A stretch of DNA of 64,000 nucleotides from Octopus vulgaris (Eukaryota), in assembly GCA_951406725.2 (NCBI GenBank), contig OX597816.1, forward strand, positions 48,360,001 through 48,424,000, written 5' to 3'. Under the pieces are notes generated by a model. That model searched no databases, was not told the DNA's origin, and saw only the letters and a program-made list of their open reading frames with translations. The number at the start of each line of letters is the position of its first letter. Within the stretch, counting starts at the first letter, position 1. The position numbers were made by a program, and so were the translations under genes. Shown here one piece after another: positions 38,321 to 50,256 of this stretch.

Positions 38321-40165
38321 TCCCATTCTTAGATAAACTTGTAGGCATTTTAAAATTGGTTTTAGTTGAGAGACTTTAAGCTAATTTATATAGGATGTTC
38401 TCGGTGGATGATATGAAAGGGAAGTAATATTAGTGATTGTATAAAGTTACACTATATGGAAAGGAATGCAGTTAAAACGAGAGAGAGAAATGAGAAAGAT
38501 AAAAAGAGAGAGAGAAAATGATAAACAAATTAAATATAGATAAGTTATATGTTGTCTCTACAACTTCACTTTTTCTCTTTCTTATTCATATTTCTACCCC
38601 GCCTTCTCGCTAGTTTTCCATGTTTAATGATATAAAGTTACTGAATGGAATTATTATTATTATTTTATTTTACTTTATTACTTGTAGTATTGTGTTTGTT
38701 ATTTTGTAGGTTGTTTTCTGCTCACATGCACAAAGAACTGCAGCTTCACTACGGCTGCTGTGCCTCTCTGTTGTTATTGTTTGCAATGCACCGTTGCAGA
38801 GTGTTAATCTAAAAATCAGTGGCGTTGCCCGATTTCATGAGATTCTTCCCAAAAATAGTTATTGCCAAAGTCTCTATCGTCTATCTTACCTGATTATATG
38901 CAGATGGTAAATCCATCAGATTAGCTAGAAATACCAAATTATATTTCACATTTGCTTCTCTGATGTTAGTAGTAATGCAAAGTTTAACTAATGTAAACAT
39001 ATCTCTTCGACATATAAGTAGATACATAACATATCTATATTACCGTTTCTACGCTGTAAAGTTTTAAAATAAAAGCAAACGTCTGGAATAGTTATGCTTC
39101 TTCTTCTTCTCCTTACACTGCTAAAGCAACAAGAGTAGCAACTAAACCGAATTTAAAAAAAAAAAAACAATAGAAAAAGAAATGGAAAAAATAAAACAGA
39201 CAGATAATTTGAGTTTTTGTGACTTCTTTTATATTTAAATAAAAATGATAATTATTATTGTCATGTAGATATATTGTTGTTAGAATTGTTTTGGAAATTC
39301 TGTCTGTTAAGTGTCAAATGTTGTTTACTAACTTCATTGTGATTGACAAAAAAAATCTCACACACACACACACAGACATATGCACACACACACACACAGA
39401 CATATGCACACACACACACAAACATAAAGAGATAGATAAAGAGATGTGTGCGCGCTTGTATATATATATATACCTAAACACACACATACACACACACAAA
39501 TATATATACCTACCTACCTACATACAAACATGCCTACATACATATATATATACATACATACATACATGTATGCTTATGTGGGTATGTGTATGGAAAGAGA
39601 GATAAATATGAAAGGCTTATTGTTAGAATTATAGAATTATAGAATTACACACTTGGTATTGTTCTTCAATATATTCTAAATTGAAAAACTCTGTATCTAC
39701 TGTATAAATTTATTCTGTCTACATCGTATGATTACTTTGCAGTATTTTCATGTAATATGTACCCACACAGACACACGTGCGTCTGTGTGTGTATGTATAC
39801 ATATGTGTGTGCTTGTGTGTGTGTGTGTGTGTATATCTATATATGTGTATTCATTTACATATATATATTTATATATATGAGGTTGAAAGTCAGCAGAATT
39901 GATGATAAAGCATTGGATTAAGTGAATTGGGCACTGTCCTTTTATGCACTGAGTTCACAGCTTACCAGGGAAGAAGACGGGGTTAGCTTTGTTGCTTGTC
40001 ATAATTTCCTTTGGAGTTGATGAAACACGATTACTGTTAATGCTGCAGAGATGGTTTTCTTAGCAACATTATGTCCTCCTCCCATAGAGAAACTGAATTT
40101 CTGATGAGTCAGATGAAATTGTTATCATCATTATCACAATCTATAATATTGTTCTATATGTGAGT

Positions 40166-40522
40166 ATGCCTCTGTGGCAAGGAAGCTCACTCTGCATCCA
40201 TGTGGTTTCAGGTTCAATCCCACTGTGTGGCATTGGGTTGACCAATGCCATGTGAGCGAATTTGGTAGGTGGAAGCTATGTGGAAGCCTGTTATTTCTAT
40301 GTATATGTGTGTCTGTGTGTGTATCTCCCCACCAATGTTCAACAACCAATGTTTGCTTATATCCTTGCAACCTAGCAGTTGGACAAAAACGGCTGATAAT
40401 AAAAGTACCAGACCTAACAGAAACTAAGTACTGGAGTTGATTTGTTTGGCTAAACTCCTTCAAGGTGGTGCCCCAGCATGGCTGCTGTCCAGTGATTGAA
40501 TCAAGCAAAAGGTAAAAGATAG
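40166..40522 (+). mobile_element. SINE family A (old)
   Basis: Diverged head, body and ggtgccccagcatgg tail. Confidence 0.75.
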
Positions 40523-41479
40523 ATTGTCATAATGTTTGTATATTGGAGTTTTTCACTTCAAACAACCTTATCTATGGAATGAAAATGAAGACATAAGTGA
40601 AATCTGTAAGATAGAGAAATAATGCTCTGAAGATCTAAGAAGTTCTGCATGAAAGTAGATATAAGGAAAATTATAAAACGTGGACTTGTCATGCATTATG
40701 TTTCTTATTATGATTACTATAGACACGTGTGTGTCTAATTAAGAAGCTTGCTTCCCAACCAAATGGTCTTTGGTTCAATCCCACTTTATGGTACTTTGGG
40801 CTAGTGACTTGTTGTGTAACCCCAGGCCGACTAAAGCCTTGTGAGTAGATTTGGACTGAAAATTTACCTCCACAAAAAGAAGTACAACAAGCATCTTCAG
40901 CATATCTCTAGGGAAACACTCTCAACAGAAAACAAGCTATGGTACAATATGCTATATTTTCAAAAGTGAAAACTCAACCAAAACACTGGCTGAACTTGTA
41001 AGATGTATCTCTGCCCATAGTTAAGTACCCCAGTATATAGGGCAAAAAAAATACAAGAGTCATGATAGGAAACATCAGAAATAATGTAGATCCATGGCTG
41101 GTCATCACTTTTGTGTCACAGTATAGGTGAGTGGTGAATGCAGGACTAACGAGAGGTGACATGTGGTGAAAGAACATCAGAATGAATTTATATATTGTAA
41201 TGACCCCTGGATGCCACAAAGCCATGCTGAAACAAAGGGAATGAAATTGGTGACAAGGGCAAAATGCCTCATTGTTGTAAGGATCAGAATACTTGATGTC
41301 AACAGAATCAGAGCTTTTTTCCCTCATGAACTGGGAAGACTGTAAGAGGACCAGAAACATGAGTAATGGACACCAACTTAGAAAGTAACAAAAACAACAA
41401 GTCACAGTTTCCAGAGAAGCTTAAGTCAAAATTCTGTGAATAGCTGGAGGAAACGAGCCCACAAACGCACACTTTTTCC

Positions 41480-41973
41480 AACTGTGGCAACATGCATAAG
41501 ATCTGGTCATCAAATCTAAGTAGAGACTTCAAACTTGAAATCTTCAAAGCCACAGTCGAACCAATTCTACTATATGGCTCAGAAACCTGGACGTTATCAA
41601 AGAAGCTTGAGAGGCGGTTGGATGGAACCTACACTCACCTCCTTATGAGAGCTCAAAATCTCTCGTGGAAGTGTCATCCAACCAAAATGCAAATATATGG
41701 GAAACTACCACCTGTGTCATCTCTTGTGAAAGGTAGGAGAGTCCAGTTTGCTGGACATTGTTGTAGAGCTGAAAACGAGGCAATTTCTACTCTTCTCCTC
41801 TGGAATCCATCTACTTGCAATACCAGAGGTCGCACACTCTCCTACCCTGATGTAATCTCCAGGGATACAGGCATCCAGCAACAGGACCTCCGTAATGCCA
41901 TGATGGACTGTGAAGTCTGGCATAGCATGGTAAATTCCATTGTCTCGACCACGGTCGAATGATGATGATGATG
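41480..41973 (+). mobile_element. Distinct RTE-family LINE 3' fragment, no 3' UTR
   Basis: KIWSSNLSRDFKLEIFKATVEPILLYGSETWTL..RRVQFAGHC; the stop codon runs directly into a (TGA)n tail. Confidence 0.85.
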
Positions 41974-42115
41974 TGGCAACCAGAGGCACCACTCCAGCAT
42001 CGTGTATTGTAAAAAGAAACAACGATTACTAAAAAAAAGGGTATAAACTGTCGAAAAAAACATGAATGGGGAAAAAAAGACACTCCCACATCCCCAAAAT
42101 GTCAGCATAATTTGT

Positions 42116-42525
42116 AGGTGTAGTCATGGCTGTGTGGTTAAGAAGCTTGCGTCATGACGAGATGGCTTTGAGCTCAATCTCACTGCTTGGCACCTTAGGC
42201 AGATATCTTCTACTGTAGCATGAAACTGACCAATACCTTGTGAGTGGACTTGGTAGATGGAAACTGTGTGGAAGCCCATCATACAAATTGTGTGTGTGTG
42301 TGTCTTTGTGTTTATGTTTATCTTGCACTAACTCTTGACAACTACTGTTAGTTTGTTTGTGTCCCTGTACCTTAGCAGTTCAGCAAAAAAAAAAGAAAAC
42401 AGAAATAAACAAATAGAAAAATAGCGAACTTATAAAATATGTAACTCAGGTCGTTTGACTAAATCCTTCAAACTGGTACCCCAGCATGGCCAAAGTCTAA
42501 TAGCTGAAACAATTACAAAATGAAA
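42116..42525 (+). mobile_element. SINE family A (old)
   Basis: catggctgtgtggttaagaagcttgc..ccagcatggcc..gctgaaac. Confidence 0.8.
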
Positions 42526-43014
42526 AAAACAAAACAATCAAGTGCGTGAGGTAGAACAATTTTCCCCACTTTAAAGAAAAAAAAAAGCCAAAAATCTAAA
42601 ATGAAGAAATAAAAAATAACAAAGAGGAAGAGGGGGACAAAGAATTGAAATTCACTGTCCACCAAAAATCAAACAGACAACTTATCGATAAAATCACACA
42701 TTTGTGGTGCCATAGATTTTTTCCAATGAAGTAAAAATAGCACAGGGGCAATTAGGCTTGAAATATAGACAACATGCAAAAGACAGATTTGTTAGTAAAA
42801 ATAAAACGAAGATGCTATAACAAGCTGAAAATCTTATGTTGAAGATTTTGATGATTTTTTTTTCTCCTCAATTGACTTCAAAAATTGCTAACTGATGTCT
42901 TTGGGTGCTTGTGGCAACAATAAATAAAATGGCTGGCAGAGACAGGGGAGCGTAAAACCCAACCTAATTAGAAATTTATTTCATTTTTTTATTTCCTTGA
43001 ATTATTATTTTCAA

Positions 43015-43211
43015 CATCATTATCATCATCACTTAATATCTATTTTCCATGCTGGCATGGGTTCGAATGGTTTGACAGAAGCTGGGAAGGCCTTGGGCCA
43101 TACCAAGTTCCAATGTCTGTTTTGGCATGGCTTCTACGGCTGGCTGCCCTTCCTGATACCAACCAACTACTTTACAAAGTGTACTGAGTGCTTTTTACAT
43201 GGCACCAGCAT
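43015..43211 (-). mobile_element. Old RTE 3' tail
   Basis: ttttccatgctggcatgggtt..ggctggctgcccttcct. Confidence 0.7.
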
Positions 43212-43223
43212 CTTATACGTATA

Positions 43224-43610
43224 TCTCTCTCTATATAAACGGCAGTTTGTCTGTGTGTGTGTTTCTGTGTGTCTGTTTGGTTGTACCCTCACCCTGACCA
43301 CGGCTTTCAACCGATTCTGATGAAACTTGACACACACATAGCCCAATGTCATAATTCAAAACTAACGTAGCGAAAATTTTGAAAAGTTCCCCCAGTTCTG
43401 AAAAAAAATCGATAAATTCGACATGGGGTCGAGAATCAGAAACGCAAACCACAGACTGTCTAGGGGAAGCAACTCGACCTTTTTAACTCTCAAAAAAAAT
43501 TTACCATAATTTTTTTTCAATTTTTTTGCTATTTTTTGGCTCTAACTCTCTAAAAATGTTTTATAGTTATTTCCCTTACAAACCCGAGCAACGCTGGGCG
43601 ATACTGCTAG
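43224..43610 (+). mobile_element. Non-autonomous Helitron
   Basis: 5' TC after A, subterminal hairpin cccgagcaacgctggg, 3' CTAG followed by T. Confidence 0.8.
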
Positions 43611-43661
43611 TATATATATATAATTATAATTCCTCACTAATTACCAACATATATATGTATG

Positions 43662-43692
<31 letters not shown>

Positions 43693-43736
43693 ATATATAT
43701 GTATGTGTATATGTATGTATATATATATGTATGTGT

Positions 43737-43777
<41 letters not shown>

Positions 43778-43799
43778 TATGTATGTGTATATATATATG

Positions 43800-43848
<49 letters not shown>

Positions 43849-43863
43849 ATATTTATATATACG

Positions 43864-43896
<33 letters not shown>

Positions 43897-43908
43897 TATG
43901 TATATATA
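43611..43908. repeat. (TA)/(TATG) compound microsatellite
   Basis: Direct inspection. Confidence 0.95.
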
Positions 43909-44223
43909 ATGAGTAAATATTTAAAAGCGAATATTTATGAAAATATTATTGTTATTACTATCTATGGTAAATATAAATTGATAATAACAACAACAATAAT
44001 ATAGGTAGCTGCGGGTTTTAAATAGCGTTAGATAGCTATACAATTAAAATCTATATTTATCATAAGGGCACACAAAGCGCCTGCCTGCTAGAAAGTGGAG
44101 TTAAAACTCTCAACTTAACCACCAATGACTCTAAAATATTCAACAGATATCAACAGTAGTCAGGCAAAGGAGCAAAACATTTTTTGATATACCATCACAG
44201 CTAAATGCTACATATTTTGGTAT

Positions 44224-44293
44224 TTGGATATACTTGTATTATGATTTCGAGTTTTGGTGAAAATCCTTAACTCTCTTCAGCAAGTCTTACCAA
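44224..44293 (-). ncRNA. Type I hammerhead ribozyme, Penelope-associated minimal type, intact core
   Basis: Minus strand: ttgg taag ACTTG CTGAAGA GAGTT aaggattttcaccaa AACTC GAAA T cata A TA CAAGT atat ccaa. Helix I ACTTG/CAAGT, core CUGAAGA, helix II GAGTT/AACTC, GAAA, short helix III, AUA cleavage triplet. Confidence 0.75.
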
Positions 44294-44368
44294 GTGAAAA
44301 ATTCAACTCATCACATTGAAGTCTGCTGGCATTCTGAATTGTTTTGTGCACTCACACATATACATATA

Positions 44369-44400
<32 letters not shown>

Positions 44401-44407
<7 letters not shown>

Positions 44408-44623
44408 TAGAGAAACCACTATTATGCAATTCAAATAATGATAGTAATAAACCAAATCATACGTAGTTTTGTTTTACTTATTATATATTAATTATTCATT
44501 TTTATACTTTTTGTGATCCAGTTATATGTTTTAAAAAAAATATATATTTTATTTTTTATTTATGATTTGGTTTATGTCTATCATTATTTGAATTGCATAA
44601 TAGTGGTTTTTCTCTAATTTATA
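44401..44623. mobile_element. Foldback element of the same family; its 3' module is displaced to 46619-46675 by an RTE insertion
   Basis: tataaattagagaaaccactattatgcaattcaaataatgatag versus ctatcattatttgaattgcataatagtggtttttctctaatttata. Confidence 0.75.
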
Positions 44624-44624
44624 T

Positions 44625-46618
44625 ATGATAGCCCAACTAATTAGAGAGAGAGTTAGTTTAGATGAGATGCAGTTTGGGTTTGTCCCAGGGAAAAGCACCA
44701 CTGATGCTATATTCCTGGTAAGGCAGCTGCAGGAGAAATACGTAGCCAAGGATAAGCCCCTGTACCTAGCTTTCGTTGACATGGAGAAAGCCTTTGATAG
44801 GGTCCCCCGATCCCTCATCTGGTGGTCAATGAGGAAACTAGGGATAGATGAATGGCTGGTGAGGGCTGTGCAAGCCATGTACAGAGATGCCGTAAGTAAG
44901 GTTAGAGTTGGCAACATGTACACAGAAGAATTCAAAGTAGAGGTTGGGGTCCACCAGGGTTCAGTACTCAGCCCCCTCCTATTTATCATAGTCCTCCAGG
45001 CAATAACGGAGGAATTCAAGACAGGTTGCCCCTGGGAGCTCCTCTATGCTGACGACCTCGCTCTAATCGCTGAGTCACTATCAGAACTGGAGGAGAAGTT
45101 CCAGGTGTGGAAGGAGGGTTTAGAATCGAGGGGCCTTAGAGTCAACCTAGCTAAAACCAAAGTACTAATAAGTAGAAAGGTAGAAAACCCACAAATATCC
45201 TCAGGAAGATGGCCCTGCTCGATCTGTAGAAAAGGTGTAGGTAGAAACTCTATAAGATGTACCCAGTGTAAGCTATGGACACATAAGAGGTGCAGCAATG
45301 TCAAAGGCAGGCTAACTGGGAAGATAGTTTTTGTATGTGGCAGGTGCTCTGGAGCATTGACCTCCGAAAATCTGCAGAAAACAACTTCTGTCACTTTCCG
45401 GGGGAAAAACTAGAAGTAGTTGATAGCTTCCGCTATCTAGGTGACCAAGTCAGTAGTGGGGGTGGGTGCGCTGAAAGTGTAACTGCTAGAATAAGAATAG
45501 CCTGGGCAAAGTTTAGGGAGCTCTTACCTCTGCTGGTGACTAAAGGCCTCTCGCTCAGAGTAAAAGGCAGACTGTATGATGCATGTGTACGAACAGCTAT
45601 GCTACATGGCAGTGAAACATGGGCCGTGACTGCTGAGGACATGCGTAAGCTCGTGAGGAACGAAGCCAGTATGCTCCGATGGATGTGTAATGTCAGTGTA
45701 CTTACTCGACAGAGCGTTAGTACCTTGAGAGAAATGTTGTACCTAAGAAGCATCAGTTGTTGTGTGCAAGAGAGACGATTGCACTGGTATGGTCATGTGG
45801 CGAGAATGGATGAAGATAGGTGTGTGAGAAAGTGCCAATCCCTAGCAGTTGAGGGAACCCGTGGAAGAGGTAGACCCAGGAAAACCTGGGACGAGGTGGT
45901 GAAGCACGACCTTCGGACGTTAGGTCTCACCATGGAAATGACTAGAGACCGAGACCTATGGAAGTATGCTGTGCGTGAGAAGACCCGGCAAGACTAGTGA
46001 AGCCATAATCCGTGGCCCCTACCTGGGACGTAGTCAGTCCACCTGTGCATACCTTCCTTCTTGTGACACTTGTGAAGACCTGTTGAGGCAAGTGAGAATC
46101 GAATCGAATCAAATCGAACCAAATCAAAATAGATGAACATCAATGGAATTTGTATCCTTGTGGTACCAGTGCCGGTGGCACATAAGAAAACCATCCGAAC
46201 GTGACCGTAGCCAGTACCGCAATGACTGGCCTCCGTGCTGAGGGCACGTAACAAACACCATCCGAGCGTGGCCGTCCGCCAGCCTCGTCTGGCACCTGTG
46301 TCGGTGTCACATAAGAAAACACCATCGGAGCGTGGCCGTCTGCCAGCCTCGTCTGGCACCTGTGTCGGTGGCACATAAAAAACACCATCCGAGCGTGGCC
46401 GTCTGCCAGCCTCGTCTGGCACCTGTGTCGGTGGCACATAAAATCACCCACTACACTCTCGGAGTGGTTGGCGTTAGGAAGGGCATCCAGCTGTAGAAAC
46501 ACTGCCACATCTGACTGGCCTGGTGCAGCCTTCGGGCTTCCCAGACCCCAGTTGAACCGTCCAACCCATGCTAGCATGGAAAGCGGACGTTAAACGATGA
46601 TGATGATGATGATGATGA
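44625..46618 (+). mobile_element. 5'-truncated RTE-clade LINE: RT with PHD insert, one frameshift near 45400, tandem-repeat 3' UTR, (GAT)n tail
   Basis: QFGFVPGKSTTDAIF, FVDMEKAFDRVPR, GVHQGSVLSPLLF, LLYADDL, FRYLG, MLHGSETW, WYGHVARM, GRGRPRKTW. Stop at 45997; tail at 46596-46618. Confidence 0.95.
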
Positions 46619-46906
46619 TTGTTAAATTTGATTTGAATTTTTCCCTGTAAGTTTGGAGTTATACTCCCTAATATTATTATTATTATATATATATATGTGT
46701 GTGTGTGTGTGTATCTCATCATCATCATTTAACATCTGCTTTCTATGCTGGCATGGTTTTGACGGCTTGACATGAACTGGCAAGGTCGGGGTGGCTACAC
46801 CAGGTTCCATATTCCTAATTTAGCTTGGTTTCTACAGCTGGATGTCCTTCCTAACACCAACCTCAGTTTTCCTACCCTTATCTTTGTATAACTTATCAGT
46901 CAGCAT

Positions 46907-47352
46907 GGGCATGGCTGTGTGGTAAAAAGCTAGCTTCCCAACTCCATGGTTCTGTGTTCAATCCCACTGTATGGAATCTCGGGCAAGTGTCTTCTGTTAC
47001 AGCCTCGGGCTGACCAAAAGCTTTGTGAGTGGATTTGGTAGCTGGAAACTGAAAAAGGCCATTCATATATGTTTGTATGTGTGTATGTGTGTGTGTGCGT
47101 GGGATACTGTCTTCTTGCCTTGACATTATGTAATAGTTATAAACAAATGGCTCTGTCATGCAAATTGTGTACTTTATTCCCAACCTTCCATAAAAACATG
47201 TTTGGTCAAGGAAAATATTGCCCTAATTGGAAATGGATAGGAGGGGCATCCAGCTGTAGAAAATCTTCCTCAACAAATTCCATTTAACCTGTTGAAGCAT
47301 GGGAAAGTGGGGTTAAAATGATGATGATTGTGATGATGATGATGATGATGAT
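46907..47352 (+). mobile_element. SINE family A' (family A head, RTE-derived tail)
   Basis: Family A tRNA head, different body, ends ggggcatccagctgtagaaa..gcatgggaaagtgg..(GAT)n. Confidence 0.85.
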
Positions 47353-47434
47353 CTGTCCTTACCCCACACATTTACTTTGTAAAACCTCCTCGTTAATGTC
47401 TTTTCATTTATTTCATATATCTCTTGAAGCTCGT

Positions 47435-47627
47435 ATGGCTTGGTGGCAAGCTGACAGACAAAATATTTCCATCTGCTGTACATTCTGAGTTCAAATGTTA
47501 CTGAGGCTGACTTTGCCTTTTATTCTTTTGGAGGTGAGAAAATATGCACCAGTGGAGCCCTGGGATCAATGTAGTGAACTTACTCCCCCACTAAAATTGC
47601 TGGCCTTGTGCCAAAATTTGAAACCAT
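47435..47627 (+). mobile_element. SINE family B (old)
   Basis: ctgagttcaaa..ctttgcctttt..aaattgctggccttgtgccaaaatttgaaacc. Confidence 0.7.
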
Positions 47628-47638
47628 TATTATTATTG

Positions 47639-47692
<54 letters not shown>

Positions 47693-47693
<1 letters not shown>

Positions 47694-47999
47694 CCGAACG
47701 TGGCCGTAGCCAGTACCGCATCGACTGGCCTCCGTGCTGGTGGCACGTAACAAACACCATCCGATCGTGGCCGTGCCAGCGTCGCCTAGTCTCCGTGCCG
47801 GTGGCACATAACAAACACCATCTGATCGCACCCACTACACTCATGGACTGGTTGGCGTTAGGAAGGGCATCCAGCTGTAGAAACACTGCCAGATCTGACT
47901 GGCCTGGTGCAGCCTTCGGGCTTCCCAGACCCCAGTTGAACCATCCAACCCATGCTAGCATGGAAAGCGGACATTAAACGATGATGATGATGATGATGA

Positions 48000-48000
<1 letters not shown>
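47693..48000 (+). mobile_element. RTE 3' UTR fragment
   Basis: Closely matches 46193-46618. Confidence 0.85.
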
Positions 48001-48030
<30 letters not shown>

Positions 48031-48464
48031 TCAGCTGATGTTGACTTTGTTTCCATCTATCCAGAGCTGATACAGAAAGTACCAGTCTGATAGGCTGATA
48101 GTTTCTTTACTGGAGTAAATTAAATTGATTACTCCTCTCTCCCAAATCTGTGGTCTTGTGCCAGATTACACATCATTATTATTTCTGTCATTATTTAAAT
48201 AGAAAGTGGCTGATGAAAATCTTTATTGTATCTGTTTGGCCGCTCAGAGTTTGTATTCAGATTCCATTTTAGTGAAGTTTGTTTTGAATCCCCTTTTCCT
48301 AGTTTTAATAAAAATAAGCAGCTATAATTTATTATCATTCTATTTTCTTTTACTAAATGGCCATTCAGCAATTAAAAAGAAATTACTGTTATTGCTATTG
48401 TTTTTGTATGAGGGTTTGTGGTTATATGTAAAAAAATAATCTTTGTTATCACTTAATGATATAA

Positions 48465-48673
48465 GGATAGTGAGCTGGAAGAATTGTTAGTATGCTGGGT
48501 GAAATGCTATCATCTGTATTCACATTCTGGGTTCAAATTCTGTTGAGATTGGCAGTTAACCTTTCATCCTTTCAGTGTTGATAAAATAAGTACAAATTTA
48601 GTACTGGGGTCGATGTAATCAGCTTACACTCTCCCCCAAAATTGCTGGCCTTGTGCCAAAATTTGAAACCATT
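48465..48673 (+). mobile_element. SINE family B (old)
   Basis: gtgagctggaagaattgttag..cctttcatcctttc..same 3' end as 47435-47627. Confidence 0.75.
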
Positions 48674-49464
48674 ATTATTTGATATTTGTGTATGTATGTG
48701 TGTGTGTGTGTGTGTGTGCATGTGTGTGTCCATGTGTCTTTACATTTGTACAGCTTTGGCAATGATGACATTTGCTTACTTCCCCCGTGTATTATGTCCA
48801 GCACCTTTGTGGCTTGATGTATGAATTTCAGTAATAAGTTACCTTATTGAAAACAAGTAAGAATTTGTGTCAGGAAGAACATTTAGCTGGTCATAGAATA
48901 TCGTTTCCATCCGATAACTGCCTGGAAAAAGTGGACATGAACACGATCATAATGATAATAATTCTTTTGCGAACTGAAATAATACCTAGAACTACTTTTA
49001 GGAAATTTGTAGCGGTCTAATTTCCTCAGGTAGTCAGGCAAACTTTATGCAGTTAAGTAAACCAGGTTCATATCACCATATCTAAAATGGATCATAATGC
49101 TTGGCACATAATGGCTGGCTTGGTTTATGATACTAATAAAAAAAACTCTACTAGCCTATGCACATAGGATTTCATCCTAATTACCTCAATCCTCAGCTTT
49201 GGTCAGTTGTAAAGATGTCAATACCATTGAGTAGTCATAAATATTCATTACATGTTGGTTTTGTGTTAGCTATCATTTTAAGCTATTACTGGGCCAACTC
49301 ATAAACTTACAAATTGATTTGATAGACAGGAATTAAAAGAAACTCTTTGTATATGTTTGTAAGAATGTATGTATATATGTATGATATATATTATATAATG
49401 AAATATTATTTGCAGAGGCTAGTACAACTTTTTGCTGGTAACATAAATCAACCCTCTCATCATG

Positions 49465-49503
<39 letters not shown>

Positions 49504-49809
49504 GGAATTGCACAATCAATCTATTAACTGTAGAAAGCGGGATCCCAAGGTTTTCTGTGATTATACAGTATGTCCACCTAAATGATTTGAGGTGCAATTA
49601 AGAAGTATAAAAATCATTATTATGTGTCAGTTTAGACTATATGGACTATATTGCTCATAATAATGATTTTTTATACTTCTTAATTCCACCTCAAATCCTT
49701 TATTTGTATGTATATATCTTAATTTTTATAAAAAAAAGCCCTTACTTTGATACCTTGTGTGCATTTTCTTTGTTTCTTTTTTGCTTTCCCCTTATATATA
49801 TATATATTG

Positions 49810-50175
49810 GAGTGTGATTGTTGCCGGAGCAGCAAACTGGCTTCCGTTCTGGTGGCATGTAGAAAGCACCATTCGAGCATGATTGTTACCAGCGTCACCT
49901 TACTGGCACTTGTGCTGGTGGCACGTGAAAAAACATTCAAACGAGCTCGTTGCCAGTGCCAGTACTGCCTGACTGGCCCTCGTGCCGGTGGCATGTAAAA
50001 GCACCCCCTACACTATCGAAGTGGTTGGCATTAGGAAGGGCATCCAGCTGTAGAAACTCTGCCAGATCAGATTGGAGCCTGGTGCAGCCATCTGGTCTGC
50101 CAGTCCTCAGTCAAATCGTCCAACCCATGCTAGCATGGAAAGCAGACGTTAAACGACGACGACGACAATGATGAT
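49810..50175 (+). mobile_element. RTE 3' UTR fragment (same subfamily as 196-527)
   Basis: caccattcgagcatgattg..UTR modules..ttaggaagggcatccagctgtagaaac..tail. Confidence 0.85.
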
Positions 50176-50191
50176 ATACATATACATATGC

Positions 50192-50255
<64 letters not shown>

Positions 50256-50256
50256 C

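Noticed and set aside
40095-40132. CTGATGA..GAAA hammerhead-like motif
   Set aside because: Helix II is at most 2 bp and helix I does not pair.
43316-43330. CTGATGAAAC inside the Helitron
   Set aside because: No helix II between the core segments; common Helitron internal motif.
44549-45753. Antisense ORFs over the RTE RT
   Set aside because: Shadow frames of the LINE coding strand.
48983-49033. Minus-strand CTGAGGA with hairpin
   Set aside because: No GAAA after the stem, and the core itself is paired in the hairpin.
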